Assembly (NCBI GenBank): GCA_049304095.1
Contig: JBAQNU010000029.1
Location: 98,222 to 162,221 of the forward strand
Source: Candidatus Moraniibacteriota bacterium
Lineage (GTDB): Bacteria; Patescibacteriota; Minisyncoccia; Moranbacterales; UBA2206
Reading direction: 5' to 3'
DNA length: 64,000 bases
A model generated the notes under the pieces. The model saw nothing but the letters and a program-made list of their open reading frames with translations, was not told the origin of the DNA and did no database searches. Below, one piece after another: positions 8,420 through 17,901 of this stretch (the stretch's first letter is position 1; each line of letters begins with the position of its first letter). The position numbers and the translations under genes are program-made.

Positions 8420-10339
8420 TTAATTTGTTTTCACTTCCACTGCCTCAACCTTGTCTTCCTGTCTAAGCTCAGTTTTTGCTTCAGTTGATTCTGTGATAAT
8501 TTCATCCTCGGCTTTTTTTATCGGGGCAATTCCCATAATTTCATTAAACTCAGCTTGTTCGATTGTTTCTTTTTCCAAAAGAACAGTTGAAATCTTGTCG
8601 AGCAACGCTTTCTTTTCAGTGAGGATTTTTTCGGCTACCAAATAGGCATCATTGATGAATTTGGTTACCTGATTGTCAATCTCACGGGAAGTTTCCTCAG
8701 AATAATTTTTTTCTTCATGCATTTCTTTGCCCAAAAAGACCATCTCTTCTTTGTGGCCAAATGTTCGTGGTCCAAGTTCGCTCATTCCATAGCGAGTGAC
8801 CAAATTTCTGGCAATTGCTGTTGCTCGCTCCAGGTCATTGGACGCACCAGTGGTGATGTCGCCAAAAGTCAATCTTTCGCTGAGATAGCCTCCCAAGAAA
8901 ACAGAAAGCTCATCGATGAAATAGTTTCTGGAGTGGAGCGTTTTGTCTTTAGTTGGAGCATTCAACGTGTAGCCGCCAGCATTACCACGAGAAATGATGG
9001 AAATTTTTTGCACCGGATCAGCGTGTTTCAGAGTTGAAGCGACAAGGGCGTGTCCAGCTTCATGATAGGCAATGATTTTTTTCTCATCTTCATCAATGCG
9101 ACGACTTTTTCTTTCCGGTCCCAAAATGACTTTTTCGATTGATTCGGCTAGTTCGGTCATGCCAATCGTTTTTTTGCCACGTCTGGCGGAAAGAATGGCG
9201 GCCTCATTGAGCAGATTGGCGAGGTCTGCACCAGAAAAGCCAGGAGTCCTTTGAGCGATAACTCGCAAATCAATGTCTTTCACGAGCGGTTTGTTTTTAG
9301 AATGAATCTTGAGGATAGCCGTTCTCTCTTCGATGTCTGGCAAATCCATCACCACACGACGATCAAAACGACCGGGACGAAGCAGCGCTGGATCAAGCAC
9401 GTCAGGGCGGTTCGTTGCAGCAATCACAATCACATTAGTATTAGTATCAAAACCATCCATTTCAACGAGAATTTGATTTAAAGTTTGTTCGCGCTCGTCG
9501 TGTCCCCCACCAAGTCCTGCTCCACGGTGCCTTCCAACAGCGTCGATTTCATCAATGAAGACTATGGCCGGAGCGTTTTTCTTAGCTTGCTTGAAAAGAT
9601 CACGCACACGAGATGCTCCCACTCCCACAAACATTTCCACGAATTCTGAACCGGAAATGTTGAAAAATGGCACATTAGCTTCCCCCGCGACAGCTTTGGC
9701 AATAAGCGTTTTGCCTGTTCCTGGAGAGCCCAGAAGAAGGACTCCTTTGGGGATTTTTGCGCCAAGGCTCAAGAACTTTTTGGGAGTTTTGAGAAATTCC
9801 ACGATTTCATAAAGCTCTTCTTTAGCTTCCTTGGCTCCCGCGACGTCGTTAAACACGACGCGATTTTTTTTGTCTTTTGGGTCAATCATGCGCGCTTTGG
9901 ACGTTCCAAAAGAGAGGGCTTGATTATTGCCTCTTTGTGCTTGACGGAGCATAAACCAAATAAATCCGCCAATAAGAAGGAAGGGCAAAAGAAAAGGCAA
10001 GATAGCGCCAAGCCAAACGGTGGAAGTTGAGTCGCCTTTAACTGTAACGTTAATAGCTTTTAGTTTTTCTGGATCAACCCCATAGTTTTTGAGTGTCTCA
10101 GTGATCCCCGCTTCCTTTTCTTTGGTAGTCTTCTCTGTTTTACCGTCATTCATGGTAATGGTCAGCTCATCATTGGTGACAGAAATCTCTTTCACTTGTC
10201 CGCTATTAATCTGTGTTACCAGTGCGGAGAGTGAGATGTCGGTCGGTTTTTTTTCTGGAGAACCGAGGAGCGTGAAGATTCCTGCTACGAAAAGAAAAAC
10301 AACTAAAACCAGACTGATATTTCTGAGTAAATTTTTCAT
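8420..10339 (-). CDS. ftsH: ATP-dependent zinc metalloprotease FtsH
   Basis: Walker [26 protein letters not shown] zinc motif. N-terminal TM. Confidence 0.9.
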   Translation of the reverse strand: MKNLLRNISLVLVVFLFVAGIFTLLGSPEKKPTDISLSALVTQINSGQVKEISVTNDELTITMNDGKTEKTTKEKEAGITETLKNYGVDPEKLKAINVTVKGDSTSTVWLGAILPFLLPFLLIGGFIWFMLRQAQRGNNQALSFGTSKARMIDPKDKKNRVVFNDVAGAKEAKEELYEIVEFLKTPKKFLSLGAKIPKGVLLLGSPGTGKTLIAKAVAGEANVPFFNISGSEFVEMFVGVGASRVRDLFKQAKKNAPAIVFIDEIDAVGRHRGAGLGGGHDEREQTLNQILVEMDGFDTNTNVIVIAATNRPDVLDPALLRPGRFDRRVVMDLPDIEERTAILKIHSKNKPLVKDIDLRVIAQRTPGFSGADLANLLNEAAILSARRGKKTIGMTELAESIEKVILGPERKSRRIDEDEKKIIAYHEAGHALVASTLKHADPVQKISIISRGNAGGYTLNAPTKDKTLHSRNYFIDELSVFLGGYLSERLTFGDITTGASNDLERATAIARNLVTRYGMSELGPRTFGHKEEMVFLGKEMHEEKNYSEETSREIDNQVTKFINDAYLVAEKILTEKKALLDKISTVLLEKETIEQAEFNEIMGIAPIKKAEDEIITESTEAKTELRQEDKVEAVEVKTN

Positions 10340-10371
10340 AATGTTTTTTAAGTTAGATATAAAAAGTTAAT

Positions 10372-11316
10372 TTAGTCCAATTTAATCTTATCACCATATC
10401 GAGTCATTTTCAATCCCGCGCCGGAAACGACTTGGTTTTTGTTTTTCGTGCTTCGGAGGGCCTTTAGGATTTCTTCAATTTGGTTAAAATTTTCCGAGGT
10501 GTTTTTTAACATTTTTCGTGACAATGCTTTTTGCAAAATTCTTTTTTGAATTGCAACTGGTAATCTTAGGATACTTTTCACTGAGAGATCTTGATTTTTC
10601 TTCCAAGCTTTTTCGGCTAGTTCTTCAATTACCGCATAATCTTCCCCAAAAGTTTTGGCGCTCTTTGCGAGCACTTGTTTTAAATTTGGGTTATAATTTT
10701 TTTCGAGATACGGAATTAGTTTATTTCTAATCTTATTACGCAGATAAATTGATTCTTTATTGGTCTTATCGATTCGATAAGTTAATTTGTTTGATTTTAA
10801 ATAATCAATAATTTCTTTTCTGCTTGTCTCAAGTAATGGACGAATAATTCTATTATTCTTGGGTTGCATAGCGGAAAGACCAGAGAGACCCGTTCCACGA
10901 ATGAGACGCATGAGCACAGTTTCTGCTTGATCATCAGCGTTATGGGCAACTACAATCAGATCAAACTTTCTTTTTTCTCGTACCTTTTCAAAAAAAGCAT
11001 AACGAATATCACGCAACTTTTCTTCAGACTTATTTTTTTCTCTAACTTTAGCTTTGAGAATTTCCAGCGGTAAACTATATTTATTGACTAATTTTTTCAC
11101 AAACTGTTCGTCTTTCTCGCTATCTTTCCCGCGCAAGCCATAATTAATATGCGCGATTGCCAATTCTAAATTATATTTATTTTGCAACTTGCAAAAGATA
11201 TCAAGAAGACATGTCGAGTCTGGTCCCCCAGAAACCCCCAAAACAATTTTTGCATCTCGCTCAAAAAGCGCATTGGCAAAAATAGTGTTTTGAATTTTTT
11301 TGATTAAGTTAGACAT
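10372..11316 (-). CDS. tilS: tRNA(Ile)-lysidine synthetase
   Basis: PP-loop VLGVSGGPDSTCLL. Conserved tilS-ftsH synteny. Confidence 0.8.
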   Translation of the reverse strand: MSNLIKKIQNTIFANALFERDAKIVLGVSGGPDSTCLLDIFCKLQNKYNLELAIAHINYGLRGKDSEKDEQFVKKLVNKYSLPLEILKAKVREKNKSEEKLRDIRYAFFEKVREKRKFDLIVVAHNADDQAETVLMRLIRGTGLSGLSAMQPKNNRIIRPLLETSRKEIIDYLKSNKLTYRIDKTNKESIYLRNKIRNKLIPYLEKNYNPNLKQVLAKSAKTFGEDYAVIEELAEKAWKKNQDLSVKSILRLPVAIQKRILQKALSRKMLKNTSENFNQIEEILKALRSTKNKNQVVSGAGLKMTRYGDKIKLD

Positions 11317-11893
11317 TTGTTGTAGCCTGTATTTTTCCTAATTCGTTTTTGATAATTTCAGCGACTTTTTGTATAGTTTCTTCCAGTTTACCCTCTTCAT
11401 TAATTACCTTGTAATCATAAATGTCTTGATGCTTCATCCACTCTTGCGAATATTCCATTCGTTCTTTGACATATTCCTCTGATACATCTTGCCTCCTCCT
11501 GATTCTACTCTCAAGGATTTGTAAACTAGGCGCCATAATAAAAATTGAGCGTATTTCAGGGTGAATTTTTTTGACAGTCATTACCCCTTGCCATTCTATT
11601 TTCCAAACAGTTATTTTGCCAGTTTTTTTAACGCGCTCGATCTCATCTTTGGTTACCCCGTAATAGTTTCCATTGTATTGCTTGGCCCATTCAATAAACT
11701 CATTACTCTCTATTTTGTTAATAAATTTTTCCTCAGATACAAACCAATAGGGAGTTCCATTTGATTCATTTGGCCGCATGGCCCTACTCGTAGTATTTAC
11801 GATTCTTTCGATAGGAAGGATTTTTTGCAAACCTTCCATAACTGAATCTTCTCCAGCGCCAGATGGCCCAGATATGATAAAAATATTTGACAT
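11309..11893 (-). CDS. gmk: guanylate kinase
   Basis: P-loop ISGPSGAGEDS. NMP-binding region TTSRAMRPNESNGTPYWF. Confidence 0.7.
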   Translation of the reverse strand: MSNIFIISGPSGAGEDSVMEGLQKILPIERIVNTTSRAMRPNESNGTPYWFVSEEKFINKIESNEFIEWAKQYNGNYYGVTKDEIERVKKTGKITVWKIEWQGVMTVKKIHPEIRSIFIMAPSLQILESRIRRRQDVSEEYVKERMEYSQEWMKHQDIYDYKVINEEGKLEETIQKVAEIIKNELGKIQATTNV

Positions 11894-11920
11894 AGTTTTG
11901 AAAAATAAATTATAGCAAAT

Positions 11921-13309
11921 TTATTCTGTGCTTTCTTTTTCTTTCTTCTCTTTTTTGACTTTCTTCACTTTCTTCTCGACTGGTTTTTCAGTTTCCTCTT
12001 TAGTTTCTTCTGCCTCAGTTTCTTTGACAACTTTCTCTTTCTTGGCTTTCCTTTCTTTTTTTACAGGCTCAGTTGTCTCTGGGGCAGTTACTTTCTCAGT
12101 GGTGAGGACCAATCCCATGCGGTGACTTTGTGGTTCAATAGAAAGAATTTTCCAAGCATATTCTCCTCCAATTTTAATCAAATCATTAATATTTTTTCCG
12201 GGATTTCGCTCTAGCATTTCACTGATGTGAGCCAGGCCGTGAATATCCTCATCAAGATAGACAAAAGCGCCAAAGTGATTTATTTTGTGCACTTTTCCGC
12301 TCACAACGTCCCCGATGCTATATTTCTTGGCCACCTCACTCCATGGATCAGCTTGTAAGGCGCGAATAGAAAGAGAAATTTTGTCATTATCAATGCCGAT
12401 AATTTTTGCACTTACCTTATCCCCCACTTTCACGATAGTTCGGGGATTTTCAATTAACTGCCATGCCAGTTCTGAGATGTGTACCAAGCCTTCGATTTTT
12501 TCCTCCAACCCTTCTGCTTTTTTGCCGTTAGAGAATTTGACAAAAGCACCAAAGTCAACCACTCCGGAAATTTCACCAGAGATCACATCGCCAACCTTAA
12601 AATTAGAAATGGCTTCTTTTTCTTTTTCACTCTGCGCGGCTTTTTCACTGGCAATCAATTTTTCTGCCTCTCGGTCAATATCCAAAATACAAACTTCCAT
12701 TTCTTTGCCGACTAATTTCTTGAGCAGGTTGAGAATTTTGTTCTTGTCACCATCTTCTACACGAGGATAATTTTGACTAGCTAGTTGTGAAACTGGCAAA
12801 AATCCAGCAATGCCGTTGATTTCCACCAAGAGTCCTCCCTTATTAGCGCTAATAACCTTAGTCTTAATTTTTTCTCCAGAATCTTTTTTCCGCTCAATAT
12901 CTTCCCAGGCTTTTTCATAGGACGCTTCACGAATGGAAAGTTCGATGTAGCCTTCTTCATTTTCCAGTTCCGTTACAGTCGCAGAAACTTTGTCTCCCAA
13001 TTTCATCTTCTGGGTGCCCATGCCATCTTTAATTTCCTTTCCCATCACAATGCCCGTTCCGAATGGTCCGAGATCAAGATAGATTTCACTAGAAGAAATT
13101 TCAAGCACTTTTCCAAAGATGGTGTCACCAACAACTGGAAACTCAATAGAGTTCTCAGCTAAAAGTTTTTCCATGAAAGACATCTCTGTTTCTTTTTCCA
13201 CGGCCACAGGCGTAGTCTTTTTAGTTTTCACTGGAGTAGTGTCGATCTTTTGATCACTGTCAGCAAGCTTGTCTACTTCGCTAGCTAATTTGCTTAGAAT
13301 ATCACTCAT
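11921..13309 (-). CDS. rpsA: 30S ribosomal protein S1 (four S1 domains, Lys/Glu-rich tail)
   Basis: Repeated GDxVxGKV...GLxHISE S1 signatures. Confidence 0.8.
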   Translation of the reverse strand: MSDILSKLASEVDKLADSDQKIDTTPVKTKKTTPVAVEKETEMSFMEKLLAENSIEFPVVGDTIFGKVLEISSSEIYLDLGPFGTGIVMGKEIKDGMGTQKMKLGDKVSATVTELENEEGYIELSIREASYEKAWEDIERKKDSGEKIKTKVISANKGGLLVEINGIAGFLPVSQLASQNYPRVEDGDKNKILNLLKKLVGKEMEVCILDIDREAEKLIASEKAAQSEKEKEAISNFKVGDVISGEISGVVDFGAFVKFSNGKKAEGLEEKIEGLVHISELAWQLIENPRTIVKVGDKVSAKIIGIDNDKISLSIRALQADPWSEVAKKYSIGDVVSGKVHKINHFGAFVYLDEDIHGLAHISEMLERNPGKNINDLIKIGGEYAWKILSIEPQSHRMGLVLTTEKVTAPETTEPVKKERKAKKEKVVKETEAEETKEETEKPVEKKVKKVKKEKKEKESTE

Positions 13310-13534
13310 TTGATTATATTTTTCGCAGCCGACATTAAAGCTACGGGATAATGATTAAAAATGTCAAAAAATTTATTAAAATAAAAAAATTTCCCGTGTG
13401 TTGAGGAAATAATTAAGAAAATGCCACGAAAGGCAAGAAAGCCGAGAATTAAAGCATTCCCCTATTCAATTTTCTTAAATATTTAACTCTACTAAACAGC
13501 CTAGCAGGCTTTTTGAGTTTTGGCAAGTCTTTTG

Positions 13535-13578
13535 TATAAAAAATAATTGGCACACGCGAGTTGCTCTGCGTGTGCCAA
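13535..13578 (-). terminator. rho-independent terminator (11-bp stem TTGGCACACGC...GCGTGTGCCAA plus T-run on minus strand)
   Basis: Perfect hairpin read directly, immediately downstream of 13592..13948(-). Confidence 0.6.
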
Positions 13579-13591
13579 TGGGCGGGAGTTT

Positions 13592-13948
13592 TTAAGCCCC
13601 ACCAGGATAATAACCCGCCAAATTTGCGAAATCTTTTTCTTTTTGGGTGGCATCGGGAAACAGGCAGTTGTCAATGTTTATCGCCTCTATAATTAGAGGC
13701 TCTGCCTGGTTCCAGATGGCAGGCGGAATTTCCACGAGATGTGTGCAGGAGCCATCACAAGCCATAATGCTGGTCTCACGCGTTGGACCGCCTTGGCCAG
13801 GGGGTTTGCCGCGCTCACCGGTTAGTTTTGTGTGGATATGAAAGCTTATACCTGAAAATAGCTTCACACACCAGGCTTGAGTGTGATCAAGATATCCTCC
13901 TGGCCCAACTCGACCGCAGTCTTTGTCGTAAAAAAGTAATCCTTTCAT
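13592..13948 (-). CDS. hypothetical protein, GC-rich relative to surroundings
   Basis: Strong SD (AGGGGGGG) and its own terminator. Composition differs from neighbours. Confidence 0.45.
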   Translation of the reverse strand: MKGLLFYDKDCGRVGPGGYLDHTQAWCVKLFSGISFHIHTKLTGERGKPPGQGGPTRETSIMACDGSCTHLVEIPPAIWNQAEPLIIEAINIDNCLFPDATQKEKDFANLAGYYPGGA

Positions 13949-14052
13949 TAAGCCCCCCCTTTTTTTTATTGTAAATATTTTGAGCTGGTTCAGCTCGGCT
14001 ATAGACTAACTATATAATTAAGCGCATTATTGCGAAAAAGTCAAGTCTTTTG

Positions 14053-14124
14053 TGCCCTCAGTAGGAATCGAACCTACATCTCATCCTTAGGACGGATTTG
14101 CTCTATCCATTGAGCTATGAAGGC
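14053..14124 (-). tRNA. tRNA-Arg (CCT)
   Basis: GCCTTCATAGCTCAATGGATAGAGC...GTCCTAA...GGTTCGATTCC. Confidence 0.7.
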
Positions 14125-14145
14125 TTGGATACTATGGATGTTCTC

Positions 14146-14222
14146 TGGTGGACGATACTGGGTTCGAACCAGTGACCTTACGAATGTGAATCGTACGCTC
14201 TAACCAACTGAGCTAATCGTCC
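14146..14222 (-). tRNA. tRNA-Val (CAC), CCA encoded
   Basis: GGACGATTAGCTCAGTTGGTTAGAGCGTACGATTCACATTCGTA...CCA. Confidence 0.8.
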
Positions 14223-14240
14223 GAATAGTAGAGGATGAAA

Positions 14241-14276
14241 CTGCTTGCCTGCCGGAGCTTCAGCGCAGGCAGGAGC
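14241..14276. repeat. GC-rich hairpin element (CTGCTTGCCTGCCGGAGCTTCAGCGCAGGCAGG) inside a duplicated tRNA-Val 5-prime fragment
   Basis: Flanked by a second copy of AGCTAATCGTCC (the tRNA 5-prime end). Confidence 0.55.
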
Positions 14277-14292
14277 TAATCGTCCAACTCTG

Positions 14293-14365
14293 TGGACCTG
14301 AGGAGGATCGAACTCCTTGCCTCTTCCATGCCATGGAAGCGCTCTACCAATTGAGCTACAGGCCC
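14293..14365 (-). tRNA. tRNA-Ala (GGC)
   Basis: GGGCCTGTAGCTCAATTGGTAGAGCGCTTCCATGGCATGGAAG...GGTTCGATCC. Confidence 0.75.
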
Positions 14366-14497
14366 GACTTGCTAAAATATAAATAAAGAATATTGCTCAT
14401 CAATCATAACAGTTAATATGAGATAGTCAATTTAAAGCTCAGTTTGCGGTTATGGGCAAAAAATACTACACTACTAATAATTATCCTGGCTACTATT

Positions 14498-16276
14498 ATG
14501 GCAAATCTAACTGAAAAGATAGGAAATATCTGGAGGGAAATCAAAAACCAGCCAAAAGACATTTGGTTCTTCTGTTTGTTTTTATTGACTTTTCCTCTGA
14601 GTATAAGAAAAGTGATGATGCAATTTCCCATCAAAGGTGCTTTTAATGAATATGCCAGTGCATATATCTACTTGTCGGATTTGTTTTTTCTTCTGACAAT
14701 GCTAGTCGGGTTGTTTCTTATAATACGCAACAAAAAGCAAGATATGTCAAGTAGTAAGGGGAACTTTTTGACACTTATCCACAGGTTATTCTGTGACAAA
14801 GCTGTGGATAACTCTAATACGCCAGGAGTATCACTAAGAAAAATAACTTTAATTAAAGCCATAAATCCATATTTTCGTGCAATTTTTCTGGGCCTAATCT
14901 TTATAATGCTGTTTGATCATTACTTATGGGATATCTGGCAGGGGCAAGTTCTGTTTTGGGTGGTTTGCGGATTTTTAGTGGGCATTGAGTTTCTAAAATG
15001 TTCCACCCCGAAGAATTCCAAATTGTTCCACGTGGAACATTCTGGAATCACGTGGCAGACGTGGGACAATTTAGGATACAATGGAGTCGCAAAATGTTCC
15101 ATGCCTGCCTATCGGAGCCTCGGCGCAGGTAGGTGGAACATTTTCAGGAAAAGTATTTTCATAATCCCCCTTATTTTAGTTATTTGCTCATTTGTCTCAG
15201 TAAATTGGTCAGAAAATCAGCTAATTAGTCTATATCGATCATTTCGCTTGCTTGAGTTATATCTGTTGTTCATATATATTTCTTTGCGTTTTGTGCCTTA
15301 TTGTGTTGGATGTTTTGCAAAATGTTCCACCCTCCTACGTCAAGACTCCGGCGGGCAGGCGCGGAACAATTATGCAGCTGGAGATTCTGAAAATGCTCCG
15401 CGCCTGCCTGCCGAAGTTTTAGCGCAGGTAGGTGGAGCATTCGGCATTATTATGTTTACAGGAGCGATTCAATCTGTGGTTGGTGTTGTTCAGGTTATTA
15501 TACAACATTCAGTTGGATTATTTTGGCTAAGAGAAAGCATTGTTGCGCCAAACATTGCCGGCGTGGCAAAGATTATTATCAATCATCAAGCCTATATTAG
15601 AGCTTATGGCTTATTCCCGCACCCCAATATTCTGGGTGGATTTTTGTTTTTTTCGATTATAATCACATTGCTTTGCCAAAAAATGTTCCACGTGGAACAT
15701 TTCAAGGAGCAAGATAGTATGAATTGTTCCACGTGGAACATTTCCGGGGGGGATTTTTGGAAAATTGTTCCACGTGGAACAATTTGGAATTATTTAATTT
15801 GGCTTGCTTTGATTATTCAGATTACTGGAATTATTTTTTCTTTCTCTAAATCAGCTATCTTGGCGCTAATAGTTGCTGTTATATATATAATTGTTCCACG
15901 TGGAACATTTCAGGTGGTTAATTTGAAAAAATTGTTCCACGTGGAACAATTTAGGATGCTTCTAATCGCAGGACTTGTCATATTAGGCGGACTGTTTTTC
16001 TTTAGAGTTGAAGTTTATGACTTGTTCGCAAAATCTTTTCAGGAAAGAAAACTCTATATGTTCATCTCAGAGCAGATCATCGCCGATAGTCCAATAGTTG
16101 GTGTCGGGACGGGACAGTTTATTGTGAATGCAGAAAAGTTATTTCCTAATCTTGAAGTCTGGCAATACCAGCCGGTGCATAATGTGTTTCTTTTAATTTG
16201 GTCAGAATGGGGGATTGTCGGGTTGGTTTTGTTTATTTTGTTTTTGTGGAAATTGCTCCACTTTAAAAAATATTAA
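14498..16276 (+). CDS. O-antigen ligase/polymerase-like (Wzy_C family) polytopic membrane protein carrying multiple in-frame palindromic-repeat insertions
   Basis: C-terminal signature GVGTGQF...HNVFLLIWSEWGIVGL and SKSAILALIVAVI. At least 7 perfect 18-bp palindromes translated in all three frames (LFHVEH, CSTWN, VPRGT) without breaking the ORF. ATG at 14498 preferred over the TTG at 14444. Confidence 0.55.
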   Translation: MANLTEKIGNIWREIKNQPKDIWFFCLFLLTFPLSIRKVMMQFPIKGAFNEYASAYIYLSDLFFLLTMLVGLFLIIRNKKQDMSSSKGNFLTLIHRLFCDKAVDNSNTPGVSLRKITLIKAINPYFRAIFLGLIFIMLFDHYLWDIWQGQVLFWVVCGFLVGIEFLKCSTPKNSKLFHVEHSGITWQTWDNLGYNGVAKCSMPAYRSLGAGRWNIFRKSIFIIPLILVICSFVSVNWSENQLISLYRSFRLLELYLLFIYISLRFVPYCVGCFAKCSTLLRQDSGGQARNNYAAGDSENAPRLPAEVLAQVGGAFGIIMFTGAIQSVVGVVQVIIQHSVGLFWLRESIVAPNIAGVAKIIINHQAYIRAYGLFPHPNILGGFLFFSIIITLLCQKMFHVEHFKEQDSMNCSTWNISGGDFWKIVPRGTIWNYLIWLALIIQITGIIFSFSKSAILALIVAVIYIIVPRGTFQVVNLKKLFHVEQFRMLLIAGLVILGGLFFFRVEVYDLFAKSFQERKLYMFISEQIIADSPIVGVGTGQFIVNAEKLFPNLEVWQYQPVHNVFLLIWSEWGIVGLVLFILFLWKLLHFKKY

Positions 16277-16295
16277 ATTGTTCCACGTGGAACAA
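15023..16295. repeat. array of palindromic units TTGTTCCACGTGGAACAA (perfect copies near 15023, 15684, 15724, 15766, 15891, 15933, 16278; degenerate or nested copies near 14996, 15093, 15318, 15405)
   Basis: Read directly. Irregular spacing. Some copies split at their centre by a GC hairpin element. Confidence 0.85.
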
Positions 16296-16383
16296 TTTGA
16301 TTTAAGATCCTCTTATCCCGAGGGGCGAAGTGGATATTGCGAATAATTTGACAAATAGATTATTTTATTATGTAATATTAAAA

Positions 16384-16420
16384 TAAAAAAAGCCCCGAAC
16401 TGAATGTTGCCAGTTCGGGA
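16384..16420 (-). terminator. rho-independent terminator (CCCGAACTG...CAGTTCGGG)
   Basis: Hairpin plus T-run on the minus strand after 16426..16875. Confidence 0.55.
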
Positions 16421-16425
16421 CCGCC

Positions 16426-16875
16426 CTACATATAAATGTATTCAGGGTAGCTTAATTCGTATTTGATATTGCACAGTATTTGTGCAATATCTTTGGCTGA
16501 GTTTGCCTTAAACTCAACCAATTCATAGTGATTGTCATCCCAGTTTGAAACTACAAATTTCCAATCAGCGCGTTTTTTCAGTATAGCATCTAATTTTCCC
16601 CTTATCGCTTTTAGCATCGGTGGGAACGCTTTTTCGGTTGAGGTGTATTCAATAACACGCAGGTTCCCATCTCGAAACCTTTTGGTTTTCTCTACTTGCT
16701 TGAATAATGAATCGATCGTTTTTGGGTCTCCATTGCTACTAGAAAGAGTGATCTTTCCATCTTGCTCATCTATGGTGAAATGGGCAACTATGTATCTTTG
16801 GTCGTCAGGATTGCGTCTCCATTCGCATGTCGTTACCGCTACATTAAATCCTACTTCTACTGTTAATTCACTCAT
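16426..16875 (-). CDS. hypothetical protein (cargo expressed from a leader related to the small-ORF modules, no small ORF)
   Basis: Start chosen at the ATG after the GGGGAGGAGG SD. Upstream TTGACA-17-TATACT followed by GTTGTTAAGAT...CTAACCAT motifs. Confidence 0.45.
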   Translation of the reverse strand: MSELTVEVGFNVAVTTCEWRRNPDDQRYIVAHFTIDEQDGKITLSSSNGDPKTIDSLFKQVEKTKRFRDGNLRVIEYTSTEKAFPPMLKAIRGKLDAILKKRADWKFVVSNWDDNHYELVEFKANSAKDIAQILCNIKYELSYPEYIYM

Positions 16876-17124
16876 GATTCCTCCTCCCCGATATTTAGCT
16901 TTGGCCTCGGGTGCGGGCAAGTATATTGCTATTTATTTGTTAAGGTTCAGTTTTGTCAGATGGTTAGTTTTTACTAATTCATCTTAACAACGTAGTATAG
17001 CAAGTTTTTGGCAAAATGTCAATAATCACGTCAATATAATTTATTATTTAACTGAAAAAGCCTAATATAACGCTAACATATTGACTATTTTTGTGGCTAT
17101 GCTATAATGTAAATGTTGACATAA

Positions 17125-17901
17125 TTGGCGACAAGTAATATTATGCTTGAAAAAGAACTGCAAAATGCTGGTTTAAGCGAGCGAGAATCTAAGGTATATT
17201 TGACTTGTCTTGAAATGGGGGAGACGAGCATCGCAAAATTGGCCAAAAAAGCCCAAATAAAGAGGACAACAGTCTATCTTTTAATTGGATCTCTGCAAGA
17301 AAAGGGCCTTATTGGCCTCATCAAGAAAGGCAATAAGACTTTGTATATTTCGGAGGATCCACGTAAAATTGCAGAAAAGATGGAGCAGAGGAAGTCAGCT
17401 ATTGAAAAGATTTTGCCAGAATTATTGTCGATGACGAATTTTACTAACATAAAACCGCGTATAAAGTATTTTGAAGAAAAGCGGGCGGTTGAAGATGTAT
17501 ATCGAGATACGCTGCTATATCCTGATCAAGAAATACTTTCTTGGTTTCCCGCCCTGCTTGTCCAGGATGATAAAGATTTTTTTAATGATTATTATATTAA
17601 AAAAAGACTAGAGAAAAAGATTTGGGTGAAGGCGATTGCGCCTGACACTGTGGATATGCGAGAATATTTCAATCGCGACAAAACAGAATTGCGTCAAACA
17701 AAACTAATTTCTCAAGATATCTTTAATATTGAAGTTGGAATTTTGCTTTATGGAAAAAGTAAAGTAGGAATTGTATCCTATGAAGAAGGCATGGGACTTA
17801 TCATTGAAAGCCCAAAAATTTATAAAAGCTTAAGAAATATTTTTGACCTGGCGTGGAATTCGTTGCCGGAAAATAAACAACAGCAATCTATTGTTGAATA
17901 A
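17125..17901 (+). CDS. TrmB-like HTH transcriptional regulator (paralog 3)
   Basis: N-terminal LSERESKVYLTCLEMGETSIAKLAKKAQIKRTTVY. Confidence 0.6.
   Translation: MATSNIMLEKELQNAGLSERESKVYLTCLEMGETSIAKLAKKAQIKRTTVYLLIGSLQEKGLIGLIKKGNKTLYISEDPRKIAEKMEQRKSAIEKILPELLSMTNFTNIKPRIKYFEEKRAVEDVYRDTLLYPDQEILSWFPALLVQDDKDFFNDYYIKKRLEKKIWVKAIAPDTVDMREYFNRDKTELRQTKLISQDIFNIEVGILLYGKSKVGIVSYEEGMGLIIESPKIYKSLRNIFDLAWNSLPENKQQQSIVE

Noticed and set aside
8451-10370. Numerous 60-130 aa ORFs antisense to ftsH, gyrA, infB, rpsA, fhs, rarA and others
   Set aside because: They are fully embedded in well-supported conserved genes on the opposite strand. These are typical spurious antisense ORFs.
14444-14497. 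TTG start at 14444 for the ligase-like ORF (as in the ORF track)
   Set aside because: An in-frame ATG at 14498 begins the hydrophobic N-terminus. The upstream extension has no supporting signal.
14990-16300. Possible CRISPR array (many copies of a short repeat)
   Set aside because: Units are perfect palindromes rather than direct repeats. Spacing is irregular (20 bp to over 600 bp). They lie inside and are translated by a long ORF. No cas genes nearby.
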